This document shows, piece by piece, positions 35,345 through 36,226 of a stretch of DNA of 36,226 nt (positions within the stretch are counted from its first letter, which is position 1; every line of letters begins with the position of its first letter). Position numbers and translations under genes: made by a program. Source of the DNA: Octopus bimaculoides (Eukaryota); contig NC_068997.1 in the NCBI RefSeq assembly GCF_001194135.2, forward strand, positions 3,899,560 to 3,935,785. Reading direction: 5' to 3'. The notes under the pieces are model-generated. The model was not told the origin of the DNA. It saw only the letters and a program-made list of their open reading frames with translations, and searched no databases.

Positions 35345-35965
35345 TATATATATAATCAAAATAAGCAACAGGATATCCAGAGGTGATGCAGTACGACTAT
35401 TTCAATCGGCTCCATTTAATTGAACAATGCAATCATTACCTCAATTTAAATGCAAAGCTCTCCTCAGCTGCATAAATAAATAGAATTAATTTAAACAGTC
35501 GGACTCATTTGTATAATTTTATTTAAATCTTCTAAGAGGGTAAGAAGACAGAAAAAGTCCATACTGTTTTCACTTCAGCCTAGAAGCTACTAAAACATCA
35601 TTAAGAAAAAGAAACTTGTTAGGGTTCTACCTTGTCACTGATTTTTGGGGTCGGTTATGATTTATAGTTTTAGTTTATCAAATCTTTGTATATCAAAATC
35701 TCAGACAATAGAGCAGTATCTGTTAGGAAAGGGCATGAGGAAGATAACAGAATCATAGTGGGTATAGTCATAAAACTTGTCAAGATTATTTTGAAGTAGT
35801 ATAAAGTAACTGGCTATAATGAGGTTTGGTAAAGGAAGATCTTAAATCAAGATGTTAATTACGAGTTAAAGGGGCAAGACTCTATTAAAACCAATGATGA
35901 TAATACAGGGAATTTTTTTATCATAGGGTACTATAGTTGAATGATTTAAACAATATTGTTATATT
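35345..35965 (-). mobile_element. Second, inverted copy of the PLE-associated 3' terminal region (may continue to the window end)
   Basis: The reverse complement aligns by eye to 5385-5982 (for example gtcttgcccctttaact.gtaattaacatcttgattta). The ORF track shows matching peptides, KISNRISGGDAVRSFQ and KISNRISRGDAVRLFQ. Confidence 0.85.
35386..35473 (-). ncRNA. Second copy of the extended-stem-II hammerhead motif, with partly degenerate stems II and III
   Basis: Reverse complement reads ATGCAG CTGAGGA gagctttgc atttaaattga...tcaattaaat ggagccgatt GAAA tagtc GTA CTGCAT. The core and stem I are identical to copy 1. Confidence 0.65.
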
Positions 35966-36226
35966 ATATAAAGATAAAATTTAGGGTTATCAAAAAATAT
36001 TAAGTAAATTTTATAACCAAACTGAAAAATTGTTGAATAATTTTGAATATATATCAAACTTTACAACAATAGAAAGAAAAAAAATTACATAGAATTAGTT
36101 TAATATTTATTCATATACTTAAATATTTACTTGTTTGGTGGTATCTATGAAGATTGATCACTTACATTTACTGGCATTTAATAAAGGAATACTGGCGCGA
36201 TAGAACATGCTAACTATAAAATAATA

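Overview
This is a 36.2-kb, AT-rich eukaryotic scaffold segment with 11 N-gaps, most flanked by microsatellites. The dense (CA)n/(TA)n/(TATG)n tracts and the SINE families present suggest a cephalopod, probably Octopus (inference). I find no intact protein-coding gene, rRNA, tRNA or CRISPR array, and most ORFs in the supplied track are microsatellite or N read-through. The window is a layered field of mobile-element remnants. These are: a Penelope-like element (PLE) with a GIY-YIG endonuclease C-terminus and a ~3.5-kb tandem-unit 3' region, plus a second inverted copy of its end ~29 kb away; an internally deleted R4/Dong-like LINE; two Tx1/L1-like fragments; an internally deleted maT (DD37D)-like element; a truncated mariner with ~130-bp TIRs; a hAT-type MITE; and at least three tRNA-derived SINE families. 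The most notable signal is three hammerhead ribozyme (HHR) motifs read directly from the sequence. Two are type I HHRs with an unusually long stem II, located ~40 nt from the (TA)n-abutting end of the PLE copies (5859-5946 +, 35386-35473 -). The third is a minimal 37-nt HHR-like motif (16748-16784 +) inside a short repeat nested in a SINE. Several plus-strand exon-like segments with short GT-AG introns may be a decayed or unannotated gene, but that support is weak. All alignments and translations were done by eye.
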